A DNA stretch of 64,000 bases from Collinsella sp. (GCA_036312785.1 JAXJNG010000023.1:5680-69679); one strand, 5' to 3'; shown: positions 9,497 through 19,713, counted from the stretch's first letter. Made by a program: numbers and translations. The notes: generated by a model not told the origin, from the sequence alone.

Positions 9497-10297
9497 ATGA
9501 GCGCAAATCCGCTGCTTTCCATCGAAGGTCTGACCGCCTCCGTGGACGAGAAGACCATCCTCCACAACGTCAACCTCAACGTCGCCGCCGGCGAGACCCA
9601 CGTGCTGATGGGACCCAACGGCGCCGGCAAGTCCACCCTCGGCCACCTGGTCATGGGCGACCCCGTCTACACGGTCAACGACGGCCGTATCGTCTTTGAC
9701 GGCCAGGACATCACCGAGCTCACCACCGACAAGCGTTCGCGCGCCGGCCTGTTCCTGAGCTTCCAGGCCCCGGTCGAGATCCCGGGCGTGCCGCTGTCGA
9801 GCTTTTTGCGTGCCAGCATCGCCGGCCGCCCCGGCCTGGAGATGAAGGGCAAGGAGTTCCGCCGTCGCGTCAAGGAGCTCGCGGCCGAGCTCAACATGGA
9901 CACCGCCTACCTCAACCGTGAGCTGGGCGTGGGCTTCTCGGGCGGCGAGAAGAAGAAGGTCGAGATGCTCCAGCTCCTGTTGCTGCAGCCCAAGCTCGCC
10001 ATCCTGGACGAAACCGACTCGGGCCTAGACGTCGACGCCCTGTCCACCGTCAGCCACGGCATGGACGCCTACCGCAAGAGCTGCGACGGCTCCATGCTCA
10101 TCATCACGCACAACACGCGCATCCTAGAGCACCTGGATGTCGACCGCGTCCACGTTATGGTCAAGGGCCACATCGTGCGCGAGGACGACGCCTCGCTCAT
10201 CCCCTGGATCGACAAGAACGGCTTTGAGACCTTCGAGCGCGAGGCCGCCGAGCAGCGCGCCCAGGCCGAGGCCGCCGCTGCCGAGCAGCAGGCGTAA
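9497..10297 (+). CDS. sufC: Fe-S cluster assembly ATPase SufC
   Basis: GPNGAGKST, GFSGGEKK and LDETDSGLD motifs. Confidence 0.96.
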   Translation: MSANPLLSIEGLTASVDEKTILHNVNLNVAAGETHVLMGPNGAGKSTLGHLVMGDPVYTVNDGRIVFDGQDITELTTDKRSRAGLFLSFQAPVEIPGVPLSSFLRASIAGRPGLEMKGKEFRRRVKELAAELNMDTAYLNRELGVGFSGGEKKKVEMLQLLLLQPKLAILDETDSGLDVDALSTVSHGMDAYRKSCDGSMLIITHNTRILEHLDVDRVHVMVKGHIVREDDASLIPWIDKNGFETFEREAAEQRAQAEAAAAEQQA

Positions 10298-10309
10298 AGG
10301 GGCGACGCA

Positions 10310-11722
10310 ATGACCAAGAACCGTACCGAGGTCGCGGACATCGACCGCAGCCTCTACGACTTCACCTATGGCGAGGAGGGATTCGAGCGCCTCGACGCCG
10401 GCATCACGCCCGACATCGTGCGCGAGATCAGCACCAAGAAGGACGAGCCGCAGTGGATGCTCGACCTGCGCCTCAAGTCCCTCGAGATCTTCAATCGCTT
10501 CCCCGACCCGACGTGGGGCCCCTCCATCGAGGGCCTGGACATGGACAACATCGTCACCTACGTCAAGCCCAACACCGACCAAAAGCACGACTGGGAGTCG
10601 GTGCCCGACGACATCAAGAACACCTTTGAGCGCCTGGGCATCCCCGAGGCCGAGCGTAGCTACCTGGCAGGCGTCGGCGCGCAGTACGACTCCGAGCTCG
10701 TCTACCACAACATGCAGGACACGGCGTCCAAGATGGGCATCGTCTACTCCGGTATTGAGGAAGCCCTGCACGATCCGCAGTGGGAACCGCTCATCCACGA
10801 GAAGTTTATGACGCTCATCCCGCCCACCGACCACAAATTTGCGGCCCTGCACGGCGCCGTATGGTCGGGCGGCTCGTTTGTCTACGTGCCCAAGGGCACC
10901 AAGCTCGATTTCCCGCTGCAGAGCTACTTCCGCCTTAACGCCAAGGGCGCCGGCCAGTTTGAGCACACGCTCATCATCGTCGAGGACGACGCCGACCTGC
11001 ACTTTATCGAGGGCTGCTCCGCGCCCAAGTACAACGTGGCCAACCTCCACGCCGGCGCCGTGGAGCTCTTTGTGGGCAAGCGCGCGCACCTGCGCTACTC
11101 GACCATCGAGAACTGGTCCAAGAACATGTACAACCTCAACACCAAGCGTGCGCGCGTGGACGAGGACGGCGACATCGAGTGGATCAGCGGCTCCTTCGGC
11201 AGCCACGTGGGTTACCTCTACCCCATGAGCGTGCTCAACGGCCGCCGCGCCCGCTCGAGCTTTACCGGCATCACCTTTGCCGGCGCCGGCCAGAACCTCG
11301 ATACCGGCTGCAAGGTCGTGCTCAACGCGCCCGAGACCTCGGCGACCGTCGAGACCAAAGGCATCTCCAAGAGCGGCGGCATCCAGACCTTCCGCAGCTC
11401 TATCGTGGCCACGCCCAAGGCGGAGGGCTCCAAGGCAACCGTGAGCTGCCAGTCGCTGATGCTCGACGACCAAAGCCGCTCCGACACCATCCCCGCTATG
11501 GACATCCGAGCCAAGAATGTCGACATCGGCCACGAGGCCACTATCGGCCGCATCGGCGACGACAAGGTGTTCTACCTGATGAGCCGCGGTATCTCGAAGG
11601 AAGAGGCCCGCACCATGATTGTCAACGGCTTTGCCAACCCGGTCTCCAAGGAGCTGCCGCTGGAGTACGCCGTCGAGATGAACAACCTGATCAAGCTCGA
11701 GATGGAAGGAGCGATCGGATAA
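10310..11722 (+). CDS. sufB: Fe-S cluster assembly protein SufB
   Basis: GVGAQYDSE, GQFEHTL, EGCSAP, HEATIG and LPLEYAVE motifs. Confidence 0.97.
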   Translation: MTKNRTEVADIDRSLYDFTYGEEGFERLDAGITPDIVREISTKKDEPQWMLDLRLKSLEIFNRFPDPTWGPSIEGLDMDNIVTYVKPNTDQKHDWESVPDDIKNTFERLGIPEAERSYLAGVGAQYDSELVYHNMQDTASKMGIVYSGIEEALHDPQWEPLIHEKFMTLIPPTDHKFAALHGAVWSGGSFVYVPKGTKLDFPLQSYFRLNAKGAGQFEHTLIIVEDDADLHFIEGCSAPKYNVANLHAGAVELFVGKRAHLRYSTIENWSKNMYNLNTKRARVDEDGDIEWISGSFGSHVGYLYPMSVLNGRRARSSFTGITFAGAGQNLDTGCKVVLNAPETSATVETKGISKSGGIQTFRSSIVATPKAEGSKATVSCQSLMLDDQSRSDTIPAMDIRAKNVDIGHEATIGRIGDDKVFYLMSRGISKEEARTMIVNGFANPVSKELPLEYAVEMNNLIKLEMEGAIG

Positions 11723-12993
11723 TGAAACAGGAAACCAACACCGCTGCCACCACGCTCGAGCAGGTCAACGCGATGCCGGCTGCCACATGGGGCTGGCTGA
11801 AGATGAATCAGACCAAGCTCGAGCTCTCTGATGAGCTTGCCGCCGCTCCCACCGAGACCGTTGAGGTCGAGGGCTTGGAAGAGCAGTTTACTGGCGTGGC
11901 AGACGCCTTCGACACCGCCATGGACGCCATGGCCGAGCGCTTCCCCGAGCGCCGCGCCTCCGCGCCCGGTGATGCCGCCGACCGCGCCCGCATCACGCCC
12001 GAGACCGAGCTCGACGTGCCCGCAACCTCCGTCTACCAGGCCGGCGCCATTAAGCTCGAGGAAGAGCTCTCCCCTGCTGAGGCCTTCGAAACCGGCATGG
12101 GTGAGGCTGCCTACGCCTACTTGGCCGAGCACGCTACCAAGCGCATCGTCATCGATGTGCCCGCATACAAGCACGCCACGGTTACCGTGCGCGTGAGCGG
12201 TGTCGATGCAGCCGCGGCCATCGCCGCCATCGACGTCGTCGCCCGTCCTCAGTCGACGCTCGATCTGCTTATTGCCCTGGACTCCCCCGTTGCCGGCCAA
12301 GGCGTCGTGGGATCCGTGCTGCGCGTGTGCGCTCACGAGTACGCCACCGTCAACGTGACCTGCACGCAGACGCTCGACGATAGCTGGATCGCGCTCGACG
12401 ACACCGGCCTGTTCCTGGACGAGGGCGCGCGCGTCAACGTGCAGCACATCGTCCTAGGTGCCGGCGCCAGCGCCACCGGCCTTGCCGGCGACCTGCTGGG
12501 CGATACCGCCAAGGTCACCATCGATACTGACTACCTGGGCGCCCGCGAGCAGGTGCGCGACTTTAACTACGAGCTGCGCCACCGCGGTCGCAAGACCGAG
12601 TGCGAGATCGACGCCAACGGCGTGCTGACCGGCACGTCCAAGAAGGTCTACCGCGGCACCATCGACCTCGTGCACGGCTGCAAGGGCGCAACCGGCACCG
12701 AGCGCGAGACGGTGCTTTTGGCCAACAAGGGCGTCGACAACAAGACCATTTCCGTCATTCTCTGCGACGAGGACGACGTCGCCGGCAACCACGGCGCCAC
12801 CATCGGTCACGTCCGCGACGAGCAGCTGTTCTACCTCGCCTGCCGCGGTCTTGACCAAAACGCCGCCGAGGACCTGTTCATCCGCGCCAAGCTGGAGGAC
12901 GCCGCGCTTTCCGCCACCGACGAGCGCACCCGCGCCGCCGTCGTCCGCCTGGGCAACAACCTGATCGACAACTTTGAAGAGGAGCTCGCATGA
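11722..12993 (+). CDS. sufD: SufD-family Fe-S assembly protein
   Basis: ATG overlaps the sufB stop (TAATG); DVAGNHGATIG and QLFYLACRGL motifs. Confidence 0.9.
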   Translation: MKQETNTAATTLEQVNAMPAATWGWLKMNQTKLELSDELAAAPTETVEVEGLEEQFTGVADAFDTAMDAMAERFPERRASAPGDAADRARITPETELDVPATSVYQAGAIKLEEELSPAEAFETGMGEAAYAYLAEHATKRIVIDVPAYKHATVTVRVSGVDAAAAIAAIDVVARPQSTLDLLIALDSPVAGQGVVGSVLRVCAHEYATVNVTCTQTLDDSWIALDDTGLFLDEGARVNVQHIVLGAGASATGLAGDLLGDTAKVTIDTDYLGAREQVRDFNYELRHRGRKTECEIDANGVLTGTSKKVYRGTIDLVHGCKGATGTERETVLLANKGVDNKTISVILCDEDDVAGNHGATIGHVRDEQLFYLACRGLDQNAAEDLFIRAKLEDAALSATDERTRAAVVRLGNNLIDNFEEELA

Positions 12994-14315
12994 TCGACAC
13001 CGAGCACGTTAAATGCGACACCTGTACTGCCCCCGAGCCCATGGAGCTCGACGCCAGCGACGAGGCTTCGCGCGGCTGGCCTACCGTCGACATCGAGACC
13101 AATCCCTACAAGGCACAGTTCCCGCTGTTCCAGCAGCACCCCGAGATCGCCTTCCTCGATAGCGCCGCCACCACGCAGCGCCCTGCCTGTGTGCTCGACG
13201 CCGAACGCGACTTCTACCAGCGCATGAACGCCAACCCGCTGCGCGGCCTGTACTCGCTGTCCGTCGAGGCCACCGAGGCCATCGCGAAGGTGCGCCAGCA
13301 GATCGCCGACCTCATCGGCGCTCCCCAGGCCAACGAGGTCGTCTTCACCCGCAACACGAGCGAGTCGCTCAACCTGGTCGCCAAGAGCTTTGCACCCACG
13401 GTGCTCGAGCCCGGTGACGAGGTCGTCATCACCATCATGGAGCACCACTCCAACCTAATCCCGTGGCAGCAGGTCTGCCGCGAGACCGGCGCCAAGCTCG
13501 TCTACCTCTACCCCACCAAGACCGGTCAACTCACCACCGAGGAGGTTCTGTCCAAGGTGGGCCCCAAGACCAAAATCTTGGCCGTGGGTCAGGTTTCTAA
13601 CGTGCTGGGCGTCGAGAACCCGGTCAAGAACCTCGGCAAGCTCGTGCACAAGTACGGCGGCTATCTGGTCGTCGACGGCGCACAGTCGCTGCCGCACATG
13701 CCGGTCGATGTGGCCGACCTGGGAGCCGACTTCTTTGCCTTTAGCGCACACAAGGCCATGGGCCCTATGGGCATCGGCGTGCTGTGGGGCAAGATGGACC
13801 TGCTCAACGCCATGCCGCCCATGCTCACCGGCGGCGAAATGATCGACTCTGTCACCGAGCAGGACGCCGTCTGGGCGCCCGTCCCCGAGAAATTCGAGGC
13901 CGGCACGCAGGACGCCGCCGGCATCTTCGCCACGGGCGCCGCCCTTGATTACCTGGTCAACACGGTGGGTTACGAGAACATCCAAGCCCGCGAGCAGGCA
14001 CTCGTCCACTACCTGATGGGCGAGCTCATGCAGCTCGACTTTGTCCAGATCATCGGCTCCATCTATTGGGACAACCACCACGGCGTTGTGAGCTTTAACG
14101 TCAAGGGCATCCACCCGCACGACGTCGCGAGCATCATGGACATGGACGGCGTCTGCATCCGCGCCGGCCACCACTGCGCGCAGCCGCTGCTCACCTGGCT
14201 GGGCGTCGAGAACCTTGCCTGCTGCCGCGCCAGCGTGGCCTTCTACAACGACAAGGCCGACATCGACAAGTTCATCGCCGGCCTGCATCACGTTTGGAGC
14301 ACGTTCAATGGGTAA
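12990..14315 (+). CDS. sufS: Cysteine desulfurase SufS
   Basis: LDSAATTQ, EHHSN, DGAQS, FSAHKAMGP, KFEAGT and RAGHHCAQP motifs. Confidence 0.96.
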   Translation: MIDTEHVKCDTCTAPEPMELDASDEASRGWPTVDIETNPYKAQFPLFQQHPEIAFLDSAATTQRPACVLDAERDFYQRMNANPLRGLYSLSVEATEAIAKVRQQIADLIGAPQANEVVFTRNTSESLNLVAKSFAPTVLEPGDEVVITIMEHHSNLIPWQQVCRETGAKLVYLYPTKTGQLTTEEVLSKVGPKTKILAVGQVSNVLGVENPVKNLGKLVHKYGGYLVVDGAQSLPHMPVDVADLGADFFAFSAHKAMGPMGIGVLWGKMDLLNAMPPMLTGGEMIDSVTEQDAVWAPVPEKFEAGTQDAAGIFATGAALDYLVNTVGYENIQAREQALVHYLMGELMQLDFVQIIGSIYWDNHHGVVSFNVKGIHPHDVASIMDMDGVCIRAGHHCAQPLLTWLGVENLACCRASVAFYNDKADIDKFIAGLHHVWSTFNG

Positions 14316-14742
14316 TCTGTACACCTCCACCACGTTTATGGAGCACAACTCGCACCCCGACTATAAGTACGAGATGGATGCCCCCACGCACGAGCACGAC
14401 GGTATCAACCCCAGCTGCGGAGACGAGCTCACCTTGCAGCTGCGTGTCGAGAACGATGTAATCGAGGAAGCCTCGTTTACCGGGCACGGCTGCGCCATAA
14501 GCCAGGCCAGCGCCGACATCATGGCCGACCTCATCACCGGCGAGACCGTCGATGAGGCGCGTCGCTTGGCAGGACTCTTTCTCGCCATGATTCGTGGCGA
14601 GCAGCTCTCCGAGGAGGACCTGGAAGACCTGGACGAGGCCGCCCAGCTCCAGGACATCTCGCACATGCCCGCCCGCGTCAAATGCGCCGAGCTCGCCTGG
14701 CGCACCCTCGACGGCATGCTCACGGGACAAAATAATCAGTAG
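14308..14742 (+). CDS. sufU: SufU sulfur-transfer/scaffold protein
   Basis: NPSCGD, GCAISQAS and PARVKCA motifs. Confidence 0.93.
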   Translation: MGNLYTSTTFMEHNSHPDYKYEMDAPTHEHDGINPSCGDELTLQLRVENDVIEEASFTGHGCAISQASADIMADLITGETVDEARRLAGLFLAMIRGEQLSEEDLEDLDEAAQLQDISHMPARVKCAELAWRTLDGMLTGQNNQ

Positions 14743-14807
14743 TATTTGTCCCAAATCTTAAGAATTTTGTTGGCCGAATCGCTTGGCATGAGCGGTTTGG
14801 CCATTTT

Positions 14808-15608
14808 CTATTCCGAGCCGTCGGCTTGCGCCTTCACCCGCGCATAAGCGCACACGATACGAGAGACGGTACTCTTGCTGATTCCCGTATACCGCTCGAT
14901 CTCGCGCACCGTATAGCCGCCATCGTGCAGGGCAAAAATGATTCCGTCTCGCCGCGAGGGCGCAACGGTCTTGAGTTCGTTAAGCGGCACGCCTAGGCGT
15001 TTCGCCATCTTGTCGGCAAACGAATGCCGCTCCCATTCCGTCTCTTCCATGTCGTGAATCACGGGATCGAAGCCGTCGGGAGTCTTGAGTGAGTAGTCGA
15101 TAAAGCCCTCTGCCGACCCAAAGAGTTCGAGCACTGTAGACGGATCGGAGAAACCTATCGTCGCATCGCCGTCATACATCCGCAGATACTCGGTAAAACT
15201 GCTCCACGGATAACGTTCGATTAGGCTAACGCCCGCCTCCTGCGGATCGGCGTGTACGGAGCGAATGGCGGCCATCAGATGACGGTCGGTATCGAGCGAA
15301 CGACGATCAAAACGGTTCTGGAACAGATGCCCTGTGCGCCCCGTGCGTTTATTGAACCGCCGCGCGTACGTCAAAAGCAGTCGTTGCATCGCCGCGCTCA
15401 TCGTGTCCTCATAATCCGAGAGTACCAGATCCACGTGATTGTCCATAAGGCACCAGGCGATAACCGTCACGCCCGCCTCGCGGCAGGACTCGCGCATCAG
15501 CTCTAAAAACTCCCACCGGTCTTCATCGCCCTCAAAGATGAGTTGCTTGCCCGTACCGCGGGCACAGACATGGTAAAAGCCGGTAACCGTTCTCCAAACG
15601 CGCTGCAT
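14808..15608 (-). CDS. RAYT/Y1 (HUH) transposase homolog with C-terminal HTH and substituted catalytic residues
   Basis: YHVCARG...IF, AWCLMDNHVDL, RTGHLFQNRF, YPWSS and a C-terminal HTH (TVREIERYTGISKSTVSR). Confidence 0.85.
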   Translation of the reverse strand: MQRVWRTVTGFYHVCARGTGKQLIFEGDEDRWEFLELMRESCREAGVTVIAWCLMDNHVDLVLSDYEDTMSAAMQRLLLTYARRFNKRTGRTGHLFQNRFDRRSLDTDRHLMAAIRSVHADPQEAGVSLIERYPWSSFTEYLRMYDGDATIGFSDPSTVLELFGSAEGFIDYSLKTPDGFDPVIHDMEETEWERHSFADKMAKRLGVPLNELKTVAPSRRDGIIFALHDGGYTVREIERYTGISKSTVSRIVCAYARVKAQADGSE

Positions 15609-16011
15609 GGCGCTCCCTTCGCCGGGATCTGCTTGCCATCCAATACAGCACGATTGAAGCGTGCCATCAAAACATTCACGCAAAACAATACACTCGTGCG
15701 GCCAAAGGCAGTAAACGGGCGGCGAACGGCACCGTTGCAACAGGTCAACCCCTGCAACACTTACAAGAGCCGACCAAAAGCTTGCCCAAAACGGACCCCC
15801 TCTACGGAAGTTCACGACCACAGAACATAGCGTTAAACCGTTTCAATTAAAACTTCCGGACTTCTCGCTACGAAAACTGAGCCGTTCGCCGAATATTCCG
15901 TGCATTTCGCGGTATTATAGGGGCTGCATGTCATGTCCCTTTCGAAGGGTCGCCCGGCAATCGCCAGCCACGACCCCCAGACGGGACGCCAACACGATAG
16001 AGAGGAGAGGC

Positions 16012-16746
16012 ATGCAGTACTCACAGGAAGTGGAGAACATGTGCCCCGTTGCCAAGGGTGCATACCACGGCCCCGCACCCATCCCCGAGGAGGGCAAGTG
16101 GGTCCAGGCTAAGGAGATTTCCGACATCTCCGGTCTTACGCACGGTGTGGGTTGGTGCGCACCTCAGCAGGGCGCCTGCAAGCTCACGCTGAACGTCAAG
16201 GACGGCATCATCGAGGAGGCCCTCGTTGAGACCATCGGCTGCTCGGGCATGACCCACTCTGCCGCCATGGCTTCCGAGATCCTTCCCGGTAAGACCATCC
16301 TCGAGGCCCTCAACACCGACCTCGTCTGCGACGCCATCAACGTTGCTATGCGCGAGATCTTCCTGCAGATCGTTTACGGCCGCAGCCAGACCGCGTTCTC
16401 CGAGGGCGGCCTGCCCGTGGGCGCCTCCCTCGACGACCTCGGCAAGGGCCTTCGCTCTCAGGTCGGCACCATGTTCGGCACCAAGGCCAAGGGCGCTCGT
16501 TACCTCGAGCTCGCTCAGGGCTACGTCACCCGCATGGCTCTCAACGACAAGAACGAGATCATCGCATTCGAGTTCCTGAACCTCGGCAAGTTCACCGACG
16601 CCGTCAAGGCCGGCAAGACCCCCGAGGAGGCCATCGCTGGCGCTATGGGCCACTATGGTCAGTGGGAGAACGCTGCCAAGTACATCGACCCGCGCACCGA
16701 CGAGGAGACTCACTCCGTCGCCAGCGTGTTCCCGGTTCATGAGTAG
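16012..16746 (+). CDS. NifU/IscU-N-like protein partnered with GGGtGRT
   Basis: GWCAPQQGACKLTL, ETIGCSGMTHSA and DLVCDAIN motifs; strong RBS. Confidence 0.85.
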   Translation: MQYSQEVENMCPVAKGAYHGPAPIPEEGKWVQAKEISDISGLTHGVGWCAPQQGACKLTLNVKDGIIEEALVETIGCSGMTHSAAMASEILPGKTILEALNTDLVCDAINVAMREIFLQIVYGRSQTAFSEGGLPVGASLDDLGKGLRSQVGTMFGTKAKGARYLELAQGYVTRMALNDKNEIIAFEFLNLGKFTDAVKAGKTPEEAIAGAMGHYGQWENAAKYIDPRTDEETHSVASVFPVHE

Positions 16747-16764
16747 AAAGGGAGGGAAATAACT

Positions 16765-17769
16765 ATGACTGTTACGTTCGAAGGTTACGAGCGCCGCGCT
16801 GACAAGATCAACAAGTGCCTCGCCGACAACGGCATCGCCTCCCTCGAGGAAGCTCTGCAGATCTGCACCGACAAGGGCTTCAACCCGCGTGAGATCGTCA
16901 ACAACACCCAGTCCATCGCCTTCCAGAACGCCGAGTGGGCCTACACCCTCGGTTGCGCTCTCGCTGTCAAGCGTGGCGCCAAGTCCGCTTCTGAGGCTGC
17001 CGCCATCATCGGCGAGGGCATCCAGGCCTTCACCGTTCCCGGCTCCGTCGCTGAGGACCGTAAGGTCGGTCTGGGCCACGGCAACCTGGGCGCTATGCTG
17101 CTCTCCGACGACACCGAGTGCTTCGCCTTCCTGGCCGGCCACGAGTCCTTCGCTGCCGCTGAGGGCGCTATCGGTCTGGCTCTGAACGCCAACAAGGCTC
17201 GCAAGAAGCCGCTGCGCGTTATCCTTAACGGTCTGGGCAAGGACGCCGCCCAGATCATCGCCCGCATCAACGGCTTCACCTACGTGAAGACCCAGTTCGA
17301 CTACTACACGGGCGAGCTCAAGGTCGTCGAGACCATCCCCTACTCCGATGGTCCCCGCGCTGCCGTTAACTGCTACGGCTCTGACGACGTCCGCGAGGGC
17401 GTTGCCATCATGTGGCACGAGAACGTCGACATCTCGATCACCGGTAACTCCACCAACCCCACGCGCTTCCAGCACCCCGTCGCTGGCACCTACAAGAAGG
17501 AGCGCATCGAGGCTGGCAAGAAGTACTTCTCCGTCGCTTCTGGTGGCGGCACTGGCCGTACCCTGCACCCGGACAACATGGGCGCCGGCCCTGCCTCTTA
17601 CGGCATGACCGACACCATGGGCCGTATGCACTCCGACGCCCAGTTCGCCGGTTCTTCCTCCGTGCCTGCGCACGTCGACATGATGGGTCTCATCGGCATG
17701 GGAAACAACCCCATGGTCGGTGCCACCGTCGCTTGCGCTGTCGCCGTCGAGGAGGCCCTCAAGGCCTAA
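16765..17769 (+). CDS. GGGtGRT-family protein
   Basis: Signature SVASGGGTGRTLHPDNM; also GLGHGNLG and AGHESFAAAEG. Confidence 0.92.
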   Translation: MTVTFEGYERRADKINKCLADNGIASLEEALQICTDKGFNPREIVNNTQSIAFQNAEWAYTLGCALAVKRGAKSASEAAAIIGEGIQAFTVPGSVAEDRKVGLGHGNLGAMLLSDDTECFAFLAGHESFAAAEGAIGLALNANKARKKPLRVILNGLGKDAAQIIARINGFTYVKTQFDYYTGELKVVETIPYSDGPRAAVNCYGSDDVREGVAIMWHENVDISITGNSTNPTRFQHPVAGTYKKERIEAGKKYFSVASGGGTGRTLHPDNMGAGPASYGMTDTMGRMHSDAQFAGSSSVPAHVDMMGLIGMGNNPMVGATVACAVAVEEALKA

Positions 17770-17803
17770 TCGCGCCCGCACGATGCTCATATAGTTGAGC
17801 TTT

Positions 17804-17837
17804 GGAGCCGCTACCTTTCGAGGTGGCGGCTCTTTTT
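17804..17837 (+). terminator. Intrinsic terminator
   Basis: GAGCCGCTACCT-TTCG-AGGTGGCGGCTC hairpin followed by a T-run. Confidence 0.85.
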
Positions 17838-18025
17838 GTTTACACTGACGCAGGGTAGCTAATGCCGGTATATCAGCTGGGGCGAAATACGAGATGTGAA
17901 GAGATGGAGCGTCAGAGCGTCCATGACGCCCACCTGCCATATTTGCCCTTTACCGATTTGCCGAGTCTTTGCGGCCCCATTGCCGATCACCCGTGCGACA
18001 ATGCGCCGGACGAGAAAGGAATCCG

Positions 18026-19552
18026 ATGGAATCGACTGATGTACTGGTAATTGGATCTGGCATTGCGGGCCTTTGCGCCGCCATCGAAGCGGCACGCACA
18101 GGTGCAACCGTCGCTGTGGCAAGCGCCGGCAAGACTATGAGTGGATCGAGCTTCTTCCCGGGCACCTGGGGCCTCGGCCTTATTGGCCCCGTCGACGAGG
18201 CCGACGAGCAGAATCTCATTGACACCATCCAGGCCGTCGGTGGCGGCGTTGCCGACCCCAAGCTCGTCCAGACATTTGTCCATGGCATTCCCCAGGCGAT
18301 TCAGTGGCTCGAGCAGGACCTGGGTGTTGAACTCCAGCGTCCGCAAAGCGCCGAGAGCGCCCAGCAAAAGCAGTTTATCCCCTGCTTTGACCACAAAACG
18401 CGCATGTGGCGCGGCCTCACCCGCAAGCCCCTTGAGGACGCTCTGACAGCCCGGATCGAGTCGCTCGGCATTCACCTGCTCCCCCGCCATGAGCTTATCG
18501 ACCTTGTTGAGGACACGAACGGCAGAGTAACCGGAACCGTGCTCTACGACCGCGCAAATGAGCATCTCGTGCCTATGGCAGCCAAGGCCACTATCATCGC
18601 TGCGGGCGGCACGGGTGGCTTGTTCGAGCGAAGCCTCACTTCCGCCGACGTGCTCAGCTCCTCGCAGGCCATCGCACTGGCGCACGGCGCGTCCCTTACT
18701 AATATAGAGTTCATGCAGATGATGCCCGGCTTCATTGAGCCCAAACGCAACCTGGTCTTCAACGAGAAAACCTGGCGCTACGTACATGTAGACCAGCCGG
18801 TAGATATTGCCGACGACAAGCTGGACGACCTGCTCGAGCAGCGCTCTGGATATGGTCCCTTCACGTCACGCTTGGCCTCCCGCGCCATCGACCTTGCCAT
18901 CGATCAGGCAGGTGTCGAAGGCCTGGCACTCCACTACGACTTCCCCCGCGAGGATGTCCCAGAGTTTGTGCAGACCTTTGCCACCTGGCTGCAAGACGAG
19001 CACGGCATCGCCCCGGCTGACGAGATGCGCGTTGCGATGTATGCCCACGCCGCTAACGGCGGCATCAAGATCGATACGACCGCGTACACGGGCGTTGAGG
19101 GCCTCTACGCTTGCGGCGAGGCGACAGGCGGCATGCACGGAGCCGACCGCATTGGTGGCTTATCAAGTGCCAACGGCATCGTGTTCGGGCGCATCGCAGG
19201 CGCATCGGCAGCCCTTGCAGCGCAGAAAGAGCCTGAGACAGCCCTGAAGGCGGATATCGCCCTCCCCCAGTACGGCATTGCCACAACAGATGCCGAACGC
19301 CTGACACACAGCCTTAGGCACACGATGAGCACCTATTGCATGATCAACCGCACCGAGACGGGCCTATCCGAGGCACTACACGAGCTTGAGGGCTTAAAGA
19401 CGGAGACAACGACCTTGAGCACACAGAAAGCCCAGGACAGCGAAGTCGCAGCCCTCGCCCGCCTGCAATCGCAGATTCGACTAGCACAGGAAATGGTCAA
19501 AGCCATGCGCAAGCGAACTGAAAGCCTGGGTTCGCACTTTCGAGCGGACTAA
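18026..19552 (+). CDS. FAD-binding oxidoreductase (L-aspartate oxidase/fumarate reductase flavoprotein-like)
   Basis: VIGSGIAG, AAGGTG, HAANGGI, GLYACGE, MHGADRIGG and RTESLGSHFRAD motifs. Confidence 0.85.
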   Translation: MESTDVLVIGSGIAGLCAAIEAARTGATVAVASAGKTMSGSSFFPGTWGLGLIGPVDEADEQNLIDTIQAVGGGVADPKLVQTFVHGIPQAIQWLEQDLGVELQRPQSAESAQQKQFIPCFDHKTRMWRGLTRKPLEDALTARIESLGIHLLPRHELIDLVEDTNGRVTGTVLYDRANEHLVPMAAKATIIAAGGTGGLFERSLTSADVLSSSQAIALAHGASLTNIEFMQMMPGFIEPKRNLVFNEKTWRYVHVDQPVDIADDKLDDLLEQRSGYGPFTSRLASRAIDLAIDQAGVEGLALHYDFPREDVPEFVQTFATWLQDEHGIAPADEMRVAMYAHAANGGIKIDTTAYTGVEGLYACGEATGGMHGADRIGGLSSANGIVFGRIAGASAALAAQKEPETALKADIALPQYGIATTDAERLTHSLRHTMSTYCMINRTETGLSEALHELEGLKTETTTLSTQKAQDSEVAALARLQSQIRLAQEMVKAMRKRTESLGSHFRAD

Positions 19553-19713
19553 GCTGAGCACCCCTCTAGAGCAGAATACAACTTCTCGATATTAATGGGT
19601 CCCGTGAGCTCAAAGCAACACGGGGCCCATTCGTGTCCGCGCGGGCAAATATACTCATTCTGAATACGGAGTCGACATAGTCCACGTAGACAAACGAACA
19701 GAAAGGAAGAGAT

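Noticed and set aside
11179..11721. 604-aa ORF suggesting an extended SufD
   Set aside because: The extension overlaps sufB in another frame; the ATG at 11722 coupled to the sufB stop is the likely start.
16021..17940. Long antisense ORFs here and at 29128..31011, 47703..49547, 33934..35430 and 10124..11533
   Set aside because: They are mirror frames of well-supported genes in GC-rich DNA with no recognisable motifs.
17850..18000. Possible riboswitch before the FAD oxidoreductase
   Set aside because: Only a small hairpin (GCGTCA...TGACGC) and no recognisable aptamer consensus.
19600..19713. LexA box before dinD
   Set aside because: Only a half site (CGAAC) is present, with no GTTCG partner.
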